NCBI GenBank assembly: GCA_038204165.1
Contig: JBBRDG010000003.1
Span: 929 to 64,928 of the forward strand
DNA length: 64,000 nucleotides
Source of the DNA: Elusimicrobiales bacterium
GTDB taxonomy: Bacteria; Elusimicrobiota; Elusimicrobia; Elusimicrobiales; UBA9959
Direction: 5' to 3'
The notes beneath the pieces are model-generated. The model ran no database searches. It had not been told where the DNA came from and saw only the letters and a program-made list of their open reading frames with translations. This document shows, piece after piece, positions 9,256 to 16,728 of this stretch; the first letter of the stretch is position 1, and every line of letters begins with the position of its first letter. Made by a program: the position numbers and the translations under genes.

Positions 9256-9337
9256 GGACGCCAGCAAATGGCCTCCAAATGTGAACTCCTCGAAATAGAG
9301 GAAGCGAAAACCCGCCAAAAGCGGGTTTTCGATTTTA
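9256..9337 (+). ncRNA. Candidate ~80-nt small RNA (promoter-to-terminator unit)
   Basis: Bounded by the 9221 promoter and the 9305-9337 hairpin/U-tract. Three predicted hairpins: TGGAcGCC/GGCcTCCA, TCCTC/GAGGA, and the terminator. Exposed CCUCC and CUCCUC motifs are complementary to SD sequences. Confidence 0.35.
9305..9337 (+). terminator. Rho-independent terminator
   Basis: 11-bp stem CGAAAACCCGC / GCGGGTTTTCG with a 5-nt loop, followed by ATTTTAT. Confidence 0.6.
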
Positions 9338-9445
9338 TAGGCGTTTTATCGCCCTTTAGCCCCGGTTCTTCCAGTCCAACTCCCTAATTAGTATAATTAT
9401 CTATATTAAGGGCCTGCATGCCCGACTATTTTTGCTGGAGGACCT

Positions 9446-10936
9446 ATGGGTAAATTTGTTGAATGCGTGCCGAATTTCAGCGAAGGGCGCGATGTCGCCA
9501 AGATAAACGCCATAGTGGACGCGGCCAGGTCCGTGCCCGGGGTGCTGGTGCTGGACGTTGAGAAAGACGCTGACCACAACCGCACCGTACTTACTTTCAT
9601 AGCCCCGGTGGAAACCGCCGCCGACGCGATGTTCGCCGTCGCCAAGAAAGCCTCCCAGCTTATAGACCTTAACCACCATAAAGGCGAGCATCCCCGCATG
9701 GGCGCCACCGACGTGGCTCCCTTCATCCCGGTAATGGAATCCACGATAGAGGACTGCATAAAGCTTGCCGAAAAGGCCGGTGAACGGATAGGCCGCGAGC
9801 TGAATATCCCGGTCTACCTCTATGACCGCGCCGCCAAGTTTGAACACCGCCGCGATCTGGCCAAGGTGAGAAAGGGCCAGTTCGAGGGCCTGCGGGAAGT
9901 TATCGGCACGGACCCCGAGCGCGTGCCGGATTTCGGGCCCAATCATATCCACCCCACCGCCGGCGCCATAGCCGTGGGCGCCCGCAACCAGATCGTAAAT
10001 TTTAATGTGAACCTGGCCACCACCGACATGGAGTTCGCCAAGGGCCTGGCCAAGAAAATACGTACCTCCGGCGGCGGGCTGCCTGCCCTGCGCGCCAAGG
10101 AGATCTTCCTGGAATCCAAGGGCCAGGTGCAAATGTCCACCGTGCTGACCGACTACCATACCACCAGCATAAAGCGCGTGATGGACGAACTGGCCAAGGA
10201 GCTGGCCCCGAAGAACATCGCCATTACCGGCACCGAGCTTATCGGCCTCACCACGCAGGACGCCATAACCGACTACGCGGTGGAGTCGCTTAAGGTGCAG
10301 GATTTCAAGAAGGAAGAGCAGGTGCTGGAGACTAAGCTGCTGAAACTGCTCAGTTCCTGGCAGGCCGCGGCCAACCTGTTTGTGGACGCGCTCGCCAATA
10401 CCGACCCCACCCCCGGCGGCGGCTCGGCGGGGGCGGTTAATGGCGCCATGGGTTGCGCGCTGGGCCAGATGGCCCTGGGCATCAGCCTGAGGAGCAAAAA
10501 ACTCGACGAGGCGAAGAAGCCCGCGCTGCGCGACCTGGCCGAGCGCCTGGGCGCCCATAAAGTGGCGCTGCAGAACTGCGTGGCCGAGGATTCCTCTTCT
10601 TTCGACGGCTTCATGGAAGCCATGAAACTGCCCAAGGATAACCCGGAACGCAAGGTGAAGATGCAGGCGGCCCTTAAGCACGCTGCCGAAGTTCCCCTGA
10701 AGACCGCCAGGCTGGCTTCCGAGGCGCTGGCCGGGCTGCAGGTCTGCGCCGCCCACATCTCGCCGCAGGTCGTGTCCGATTACCGCAGCGCCGGTTACCA
10801 GCTGGAGGCGGCCATACGCTGCGCGGCAGAGAACGTTTTTATTAACGCGGAAGGCCTTGAGGACAAGGCTTACGCGGAAAAGATCATAGCCGAGGTAAAG
10901 GGCTACCTGCCCTCTTCCGAAGCGGTAAAGGCATAA
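9446..10936 (+). CDS. ftcD: Bifunctional glutamate formimidoyltransferase / formimidoyl-THF cyclodeaminase
   Basis: 496 aa. The N-terminus MGKFVECVPNFSEGRD is diagnostic of formiminotransferases, and the C-terminal ~170-aa helical domain is cyclodeaminase-like. SD GGAGGA lies upstream. Confidence 0.88.
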   Translation: MGKFVECVPNFSEGRDVAKINAIVDAARSVPGVLVLDVEKDADHNRTVLTFIAPVETAADAMFAVAKKASQLIDLNHHKGEHPRMGATDVAPFIPVMESTIEDCIKLAEKAGERIGRELNIPVYLYDRAAKFEHRRDLAKVRKGQFEGLREVIGTDPERVPDFGPNHIHPTAGAIAVGARNQIVNFNVNLATTDMEFAKGLAKKIRTSGGGLPALRAKEIFLESKGQVQMSTVLTDYHTTSIKRVMDELAKELAPKNIAITGTELIGLTTQDAITDYAVESLKVQDFKKEEQVLETKLLKLLSSWQAAANLFVDALANTDPTPGGGSAGAVNGAMGCALGQMALGISLRSKKLDEAKKPALRDLAERLGAHKVALQNCVAEDSSSFDGFMEAMKLPKDNPERKVKMQAALKHAAEVPLKTARLASEALAGLQVCAAHISPQVVSDYRSAGYQLEAAIRCAAENVFINAEGLEDKAYAEKIIAEVKGYLPSSEAVKA

Positions 10937-10946
10937 GGAGCACCGG

Positions 10947-12587
10947 ATGGCAAGCATCGACGCGATTTCACGTGGTTTAATGCTGGACAGTCTGAGGGAA
11001 TACGCCAAGCGGCGCATTCCGTTCGACCTGATCCGCGAGCTGGACGAGAAGAACGAGTTCCCGGCCGATATTCTTAAAGAGATGTACGACCCCGCGATTC
11101 TCGGCGTGCACCTGCTGATGATCCCGACCGAGTACGGCGGCGTTGCCGGCGGCAGCTTTGACATTTACAGGGTCTGCGAATTGCTGGCCCGGATAGACCT
11201 GGGGATAGCCACCGGCGTGTTCGCCACTTTCCTCGGCACCGACCCGCTCAATCAGGGGGGGACCGTGGAGCAGAAGGCCAAGTGGCTCACCCGTATAGCC
11301 AAAGAGAAGCTGCTGGTGGCCTACGGCGCCACCGAGGCCGACGCCGGCTCCGACCTGGTGAACCTACGCACCCGCGCCGAGCACGTGGTGAAGAACGGCA
11401 AGATCGTGGGCTACAATGTTACGGGCAACAAGCAGTGGATTTCCAACGGCGGCGTGGCCGACCTGTACACTATTCTCGCGCTGGCCCCCGGCGGCCCGTC
11501 CTGGTTCCTCGTGGAGAGGAATATGGAGGGCTTCTCACCCAACAAGCATGAGGACAAGCACGGCATAAGGCTTTCCAACACCGCCGGGCTGTCGCTCGAC
11601 AACGTTTACGTTCCCGCCGAGAACCTGATAGGTCTGGAAGAAGGCAAAGGCCTGCAGCAGGCCCAGGCCGTGTTCGGCTACACCCGCGTGATGGTGGCCG
11701 CTTTTGGCCTTGGCTGCGGTACCGAGGCGCTGGAACAGGCCGTGCGGTATAGTCAGCAGCGTATCCAGGGCGGCACCCCGCTTTCCGAAAAGCAGGGCTA
11801 TACCCACAAACTCATAGTGCCTAACGCCGTCAGGCTGGAGGCCTCACGCGCCTATATCGAGGAGACCGCCAACAGGCTGGACGCCGGCGACCACGGCCTG
11901 CAGACCGAGGGCGCCATTGCCAAGTATTCCGCTACCGAGGCCGGCAACAAGATGGCCGAGGACGCCATTCAGGCGCTGGGCGGCTACGGTTACACCAAGG
12001 ACTTTTCCGTAGAGAAGATAAAGCGCGACGTGAAAATCTGTCTAATTTACGAGGGGACCAGCGAGATCATGGAGATGACCATCTACCGCGGGCGCTGGCA
12101 GGAGCACCTTAAGAGCCGCGGCCGCTACTATCTGGAGCAGGCCGACAAACTGGACGAGCTGCACGCCAAGCAGCCCGGCACCGGGGCGCACGCCTCGGCG
12201 CTGGCCCTGCGCGCGCTCGGCGCCATCATGGAAGAGTGCCGCTTGCAGAAGCTGACCCGGCACCAGCATGTTACTTTTAAACTGGGCAAACTTATCGCCG
12301 CGGCTGAATGCGCCGCCTGCTTCTCCCGCGCCGCCGCGGCGGAAAGATACAGCGAAACCGTGCGTTTTGATAAGGCGGCCTGGCAGGCCATGGCCAGGAT
12401 TTTTGCCCGCGAAACCGCCCTCAGCGTCGCCACAGAAGGGCTGGCGCTGGTGCTCGGCGCCGCCGAGCAGGCCGGCAACCTGGCCGACGCTATGAACCTG
12501 GACGCGGTACAGGCCGAGCAGAAGGGCCTAGTTGCCGACATGGACCTCGTCGCGCTCAAGCTGAAACAGACGTTTAAGGCCAAGTGA
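10947..12587 (+). CDS. Acyl-CoA dehydrogenase with ~160-aa C-terminal extension
   Basis: 546 aa. ACAD core with catalytic-base motif IYEGTSEI (E369) and WISNGG. Residues ~386-546 are an extra Ala-rich helical domain. Confidence 0.85.
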   Translation: MASIDAISRGLMLDSLREYAKRRIPFDLIRELDEKNEFPADILKEMYDPAILGVHLLMIPTEYGGVAGGSFDIYRVCELLARIDLGIATGVFATFLGTDPLNQGGTVEQKAKWLTRIAKEKLLVAYGATEADAGSDLVNLRTRAEHVVKNGKIVGYNVTGNKQWISNGGVADLYTILALAPGGPSWFLVERNMEGFSPNKHEDKHGIRLSNTAGLSLDNVYVPAENLIGLEEGKGLQQAQAVFGYTRVMVAAFGLGCGTEALEQAVRYSQQRIQGGTPLSEKQGYTHKLIVPNAVRLEASRAYIEETANRLDAGDHGLQTEGAIAKYSATEAGNKMAEDAIQALGGYGYTKDFSVEKIKRDVKICLIYEGTSEIMEMTIYRGRWQEHLKSRGRYYLEQADKLDELHAKQPGTGAHASALALRALGAIMEECRLQKLTRHQHVTFKLGKLIAAAECAACFSRAAAAERYSETVRFDKAAWQAMARIFARETALSVATEGLALVLGAAEQAGNLADAMNLDAVQAEQKGLVADMDLVALKLKQTFKAK

Positions 12588-12603
12588 TTTTAAGGAGACA
12601 TCA

Positions 12604-13395
12604 ATGAATATCGTAGTCCTTGTAAAACAGGTTCCTGACACCACCGAGGTGAAGATAAACCCCGAGACCGGAACGCTGATCCGCGCCGGGGTGCCCAGCA
12701 TCATCAACCCTTACGACCATTTCGCTCTGGATGCGGCGCTGGAACTCAAGAAAAAGCACGATTTCAAGGTGACCATACTCTCAATGGGCCCTCCGCAGGC
12801 CAAGAGCGTGGTGCAGCTGGCTCTGGCACTCGGCGCGGACGAAGGCGTGCTGCTTTCCGACATGGCGTTCGCCGGTTCGGATACCTGGGCTACCGCTTAT
12901 GCGCTGGCCAAGGCCATCAATAAAATCGGCAAGGCGGACATTATCTTTGCCGGCATGCAGGCTATCGACGGCGATACTGCCCAGACCGGCCCCGGCGTGG
13001 CCCAGCAGCTGGGTATGCCCCAGATCACTTTCTGCGAGCATGTGGACGTGGACGGGAAGCGTGTGATAGCCCGCAAGCAGATCGACGGCGGCTATGAAGT
13101 GCTGGAGGCCAGGCCCCCGGTGCTGATCACGATGGTGATGACCAAGGACTATACACCCAAGTACCCTTCCTTCATGGCCGTGCACGCTTCGCTCAACAAG
13201 CCGTTCCACGTGTGGAGCGCGGCCGACATCGGCGCCGAGGCGCAGTACCTGGGGCTCAAGGGCTCGCCCACCCAGGTGAGCAAGATCTACCCGCCTCCCC
13301 AAAGGGAGAAAGCCACCATGTTCGCAGGCTCAGGCCAGGAGAGCGCCGAAAAGATACTCGAGCTGATGCGCAAGGAGCATTTCTTAGGGGAGTAA
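12604..13395 (+). CDS. etfB: Electron transfer flavoprotein beta subunit
   Basis: 263 aa. MNIVVLVKQVPD N-terminus. The AIDGDTAQTGP motif is associated, from memory, with bifurcating (two-FAD) Etfs. Confidence 0.9.
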   Translation: MNIVVLVKQVPDTTEVKINPETGTLIRAGVPSIINPYDHFALDAALELKKKHDFKVTILSMGPPQAKSVVQLALALGADEGVLLSDMAFAGSDTWATAYALAKAINKIGKADIIFAGMQAIDGDTAQTGPGVAQQLGMPQITFCEHVDVDGKRVIARKQIDGGYEVLEARPPVLITMVMTKDYTPKYPSFMAVHASLNKPFHVWSAADIGAEAQYLGLKGSPTQVSKIYPPPQREKATMFAGSGQESAEKILELMRKEHFLGE

Positions 13396-13437
13396 GCAGA
13401 GCGGTCGCGGATCTAAATTTTACTTCAGGAGAATACG

Positions 13438-14637
13438 ATGATAGAAGTTTCAAACAAGTGCATAGGCTGCAGCAAGTGCGTACCGGTCTGCCCTTTCGCC
13501 GCGATCAACATGATAGACAAGAAGGCCACCATGAACGAGGCCTGCACGCTCTGCGGCGTCTGCGTGCAGATCTGCCCGGTCAAGGCCATCACCATAACCC
13601 GCGAGGAAGCCTCAGCGCGGGATTTCTCCGGCTACAAGGGTGTTTGGGTTTACGTAGAACTTACCGAGACCGGCGACAAAACGCACCCGAAAAAGATAAA
13701 GCCCGTTACCTTCGAGCTGCTCTCAGAGGGGCGCAAACTGGCGGATGAACTTAAGGAAGACCTCTGCGCCGTGCTGCTGACGGATAAGAACCATAACTTC
13801 GAAAAAGAATTGGGCGCTTATGGCGCGGACAAGGTGTACATGGTAGAGCACGACGAGCTCTTTGAGTACAATACCGATATCTTTTCTACCGTGATCGTCT
13901 CCCTGGTGAACCGCCACAAGCCCTCCGCCATGCTTTATGGGGCCAGCATTCAGGGCCGTGACCTGGCCCCCCGGGTAGCTTCTACTTTGTACGTGGGCCT
14001 TACCGCCGACTGCACGGCGCTCGCTATTAAGGACGGTCTTATGCTGCAGTCCCGCCCGGCGTTCGGCGGCAATATCATGGCCGATATCCTCAGCCCCAAT
14101 TCCAGGCCTCAGCTGGCTACCGTGCGCCCCAATGTGATGAAACTGGCCGAGCCGGTGCACGGCCGCGCCGCGGTGGTGGTCCGCGAGGCCGCCAAACTCG
14201 ACAAGAGCCTGCGCCGCGTGAAAGTGCTGGAGCGCAAGATCGCCCGCGATTCCGGCGCGGTCAGGATAGAGAGCGCCGGCGTGATAGTTTCCGGCGGACG
14301 CGGCATGAAGACCAGGGATAAATTCAAGCAGCTGGAAGAACTCTCCGGGCTGCTGGGCGGCGTGGTGGGCGCTTCGCGCGCCGCGGTGGACCTGGGCTTC
14401 AAAGAAAAGACGCACCAGGTGGGCCAGAGCGGCACTACCGTGTCGCCCAAGCTGTACCTCTCTTTCGGCATTTCCGGCGCGGTGCAGCACGTAGTCGGCA
14501 TGAAAGCCTCCGACGTGATAATAGCCGTGAATAAGGATCCTAACGCGCCTATCTTCAACGTGGCCAAATACGGAATCGTCGGCGACGCGCATGAGATAGT
14601 GCCCAGGCTGATAGAGGCGCTGAAGAAGAATAAGTAG
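13438..14637 (+). CDS. etfA: Electron transfer flavoprotein alpha subunit with N-terminal 2x[4Fe-4S] ferredoxin domain
   Basis: 399 aa. CIGCSKCVPVCP and CTLCGVCVQICP motifs, then an EtfA core (GISGAVQHVVGM FAD motif). Confidence 0.9.
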   Translation: MIEVSNKCIGCSKCVPVCPFAAINMIDKKATMNEACTLCGVCVQICPVKAITITREEASARDFSGYKGVWVYVELTETGDKTHPKKIKPVTFELLSEGRKLADELKEDLCAVLLTDKNHNFEKELGAYGADKVYMVEHDELFEYNTDIFSTVIVSLVNRHKPSAMLYGASIQGRDLAPRVASTLYVGLTADCTALAIKDGLMLQSRPAFGGNIMADILSPNSRPQLATVRPNVMKLAEPVHGRAAVVVREAAKLDKSLRRVKVLERKIARDSGAVRIESAGVIVSGGRGMKTRDKFKQLEELSGLLGGVVGASRAAVDLGFKEKTHQVGQSGTTVSPKLYLSFGISGAVQHVVGMKASDVIIAVNKDPNAPIFNVAKYGIVGDAHEIVPRLIEALKKNK

Positions 14638-14698
14638 GCGTTTACAGCCGGCAGGCGTGGACGCCCCTGGTCCCCGTGCCAGCCGGACAGCGAATTTA

Positions 14699-16726
14699 AT
14701 GACCTTACTGAACAGACTACTCCTTATCGTCTTCGGGGCCGGGCTTATACCCATCATCCCCGCGGGAGTATTTTTATTCTATTTTCAGTCCCGCGCCAAG
14801 AGCGACATCTCCAGCCTGCAGCGGAACGTCTCGCAGATGGGTTCGCTGATGATGGAGCGCGAAGCTCAGGACCTCTCCCGCCGCTTCGAGAGAATGTGGG
14901 ACACCGACGCGTCTTACGTTAACAACGCCGCTCTCGAAAAGGCGCTGAAGCGCAACCCGGAATTTTTATACCTCGCTTTCACCGGCCCTGACGGCCGCGC
15001 GGTACTCAGCGGCGGAGCGCCGGAACTTAAAAGGCGCTTTGGCTTCCTGGACCTGCGCGGTGAGCCGCTATTTCTCAAGGCTTCCAGGGACGGCCGCGCC
15101 GCTCTGGGCCATTTCGAAATGATTTACGACATGCCGGTGTGCAGGCTGGTGTATCCGGTCGGCGGCGGTTACTACGCCTTCGCCGCGGTAAACCTCCGCG
15201 ACCTGTTCGAGAAGCTGCGCGCGCAGCGCCTCGGGGCCACCGGCGGCCTGCTGCTTTCCGACGCCGAAGGCAACGCGCTCCCGCTTTCTGGCGCCTTCGA
15301 GAAGTTTGACGGCAACGCGGTGCGGGACATGCTCAATAACGGCCAGGTCTTTGAACTGGGGGGGAAGAAAGGCGAGTATATCGGGGTTGCCGCTAAAGTG
15401 CGCGGGTTCGACTTGTTCGTGGTGGCGCTTGAGGACAAGGCCGAGGCTTTCTCGGGGATCAACCGCATTACCTGGCTGATGGCTTTCTTTCTGCTGGCTT
15501 TCGCCACGGCTTTTTATTTCTCCGCGCTGCTGTTCACCCGCAGGCTGGGCGTGCCGGTGGACGCGCTGATGGGCGGCGCAGTACGGGTTTCCGGCGGCGA
15601 TTTCAAGACCACTGTCAGCGAGGAGACCGAGTTCGCGGAACTGTCGGCGCTGCTGCGTTCCTTCAACTCCATGATGAGAGAAGTAGACCGCTACCACGGG
15701 ATCCAGGTGGAAAAAGTTTTCGAGGAAAAGCAGAAACTGGAACTACTGGTCAGCCTGATCCACGACGCCATCATTCTTTGCGATTTTCGCGGCGAACTGC
15801 TTTACGCCAACGCCGCCGCCAGGGCCTTACTGGAGACGGAGAACGGGGCGCCGGGCGAAGAGAACGAACTTCTGCGCCGGCGCATAGCCGAGCTGGTGTA
15901 TAAAAAAGCTCTTTCGAAGGGCGGCGTGGTAGAGTTGCAGGTGTCCGGGGAGAAGAAATATTACCGGGCCAGCGTGCAGACCCTTTCGGCCAGGACCCAG
16001 AACCCTGCCATCTTCATGGTGCTGCGCGATATAACGCTGGAACGCAAGATGCAGCAGATGAAGGAGGAGTTCTTCCACTCCGTGGCGCACGACCTGCGCG
16101 CGCCGCTGCTGACCATGCAGGGCTATATCAAGCTGCTCGAGAAGGAATTCCAGCCGGAAGCCCGGCAGGCGGGTTATGTCCGGAACGTTAAGGATTCCAG
16201 CGACCGGCTTTTTAAACTACTGGAGAATATTCTGGATATTTCGCGCATGGAGGCCGGCCAGCTGAAGCCCGACCTGCGCAAGGTTAACGCGGCGGAGTTC
16301 CTGTCTTCCTGCGCGGAAGGGTTCCGGGTATTGTTCGAAGAAAAGAAGATAACTCTAGCCGTGGAAACTTCCGGCGCGGAGAAAATAGAATTTGAGGCTG
16401 ACTCCTCCCTGCTGCGCCGGGTTATGGAAAACCTGCTGTCCAACGCCTGGAAGTTTACGCCAGAGGGCGGCAGCGTAACGGCCTCGGTCAAGGCAGATAA
16501 AGACGGGCTGGTCTTCTCGGTGGCCGATACCGGCCCCGGAGTCCAGACCGGGCAGCTGGAAGCGGTTTTCGAGAAGTACAAGCGGCTTAAGGACGGCGAG
16601 GGCGAGACAGGCTTCGGCCTGGGCCTGCCCATCGCCCGCAAGATAGTGGAGCTGCACGGCGGGAAGATCTGGGCGGAAGCCGCGCCCGGGGGGATGTTCA
16701 AGTTTACGGTGAATAGAGGGGTTTAA
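14699..16726 (+). CDS. Membrane sensor histidine kinase (periplasmic sensor, HAMP, HisKA, HATPase)
   Basis: H-box FFHSVAHDLRAPL, N-box LLSNAWKFT, G-boxes DTGPG and GFGLGLPIARKIVELHGG. Two TM helices flank a ~250-aa extracytoplasmic domain. The ORF opens at 14657, but ATG 14699 (MTLLNRLLL) precedes the first TM helix. Confidence 0.85.
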   Translation: MTLLNRLLLIVFGAGLIPIIPAGVFLFYFQSRAKSDISSLQRNVSQMGSLMMEREAQDLSRRFERMWDTDASYVNNAALEKALKRNPEFLYLAFTGPDGRAVLSGGAPELKRRFGFLDLRGEPLFLKASRDGRAALGHFEMIYDMPVCRLVYPVGGGYYAFAAVNLRDLFEKLRAQRLGATGGLLLSDAEGNALPLSGAFEKFDGNAVRDMLNNGQVFELGGKKGEYIGVAAKVRGFDLFVVALEDKAEAFSGINRITWLMAFFLLAFATAFYFSALLFTRRLGVPVDALMGGAVRVSGGDFKTTVSEETEFAELSALLRSFNSMMREVDRYHGIQVEKVFEEKQKLELLVSLIHDAIILCDFRGELLYANAAARALLETENGAPGEENELLRRRIAELVYKKALSKGGVVELQVSGEKKYYRASVQTLSARTQNPAIFMVLRDITLERKMQQMKEEFFHSVAHDLRAPLLTMQGYIKLLEKEFQPEARQAGYVRNVKDSSDRLFKLLENILDISRMEAGQLKPDLRKVNAAEFLSSCAEGFRVLFEEKKITLAVETSGAEKIEFEADSSLLRRVMENLLSNAWKFTPEGGSVTASVKADKDGLVFSVADTGPGVQTGQLEAVFEKYKRLKDGEGETGFGLGLPIARKIVELHGGKIWAEAAPGGMFKFTVNRGV

Positions 16727-16728
16727 AA

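Noticed and set aside
9268-9387. 39-aa ORF (MASKCELLEIEEAKTRQKRVFDFIGVLSPFSPGSSSPTP) inside the sRNA candidate region
   Set aside because: There is no SD upstream of its ATG, it reads straight through the terminator hairpin, and its C-terminal half is low-complexity. A dual-function RNA cannot be excluded, but nothing supports it.
9401-11164. 587-aa ORF on the minus strand antisense to ftcD and the start of the ACAD gene
   Set aside because: A shadow ORF typical of GC-rich coding DNA. The translation is low-complexity (G/R/A/L/H-rich) with no recognisable motif, whereas the + strand frames carry diagnostic FTCD and ACAD motifs, SD sequences and tight operon spacing.
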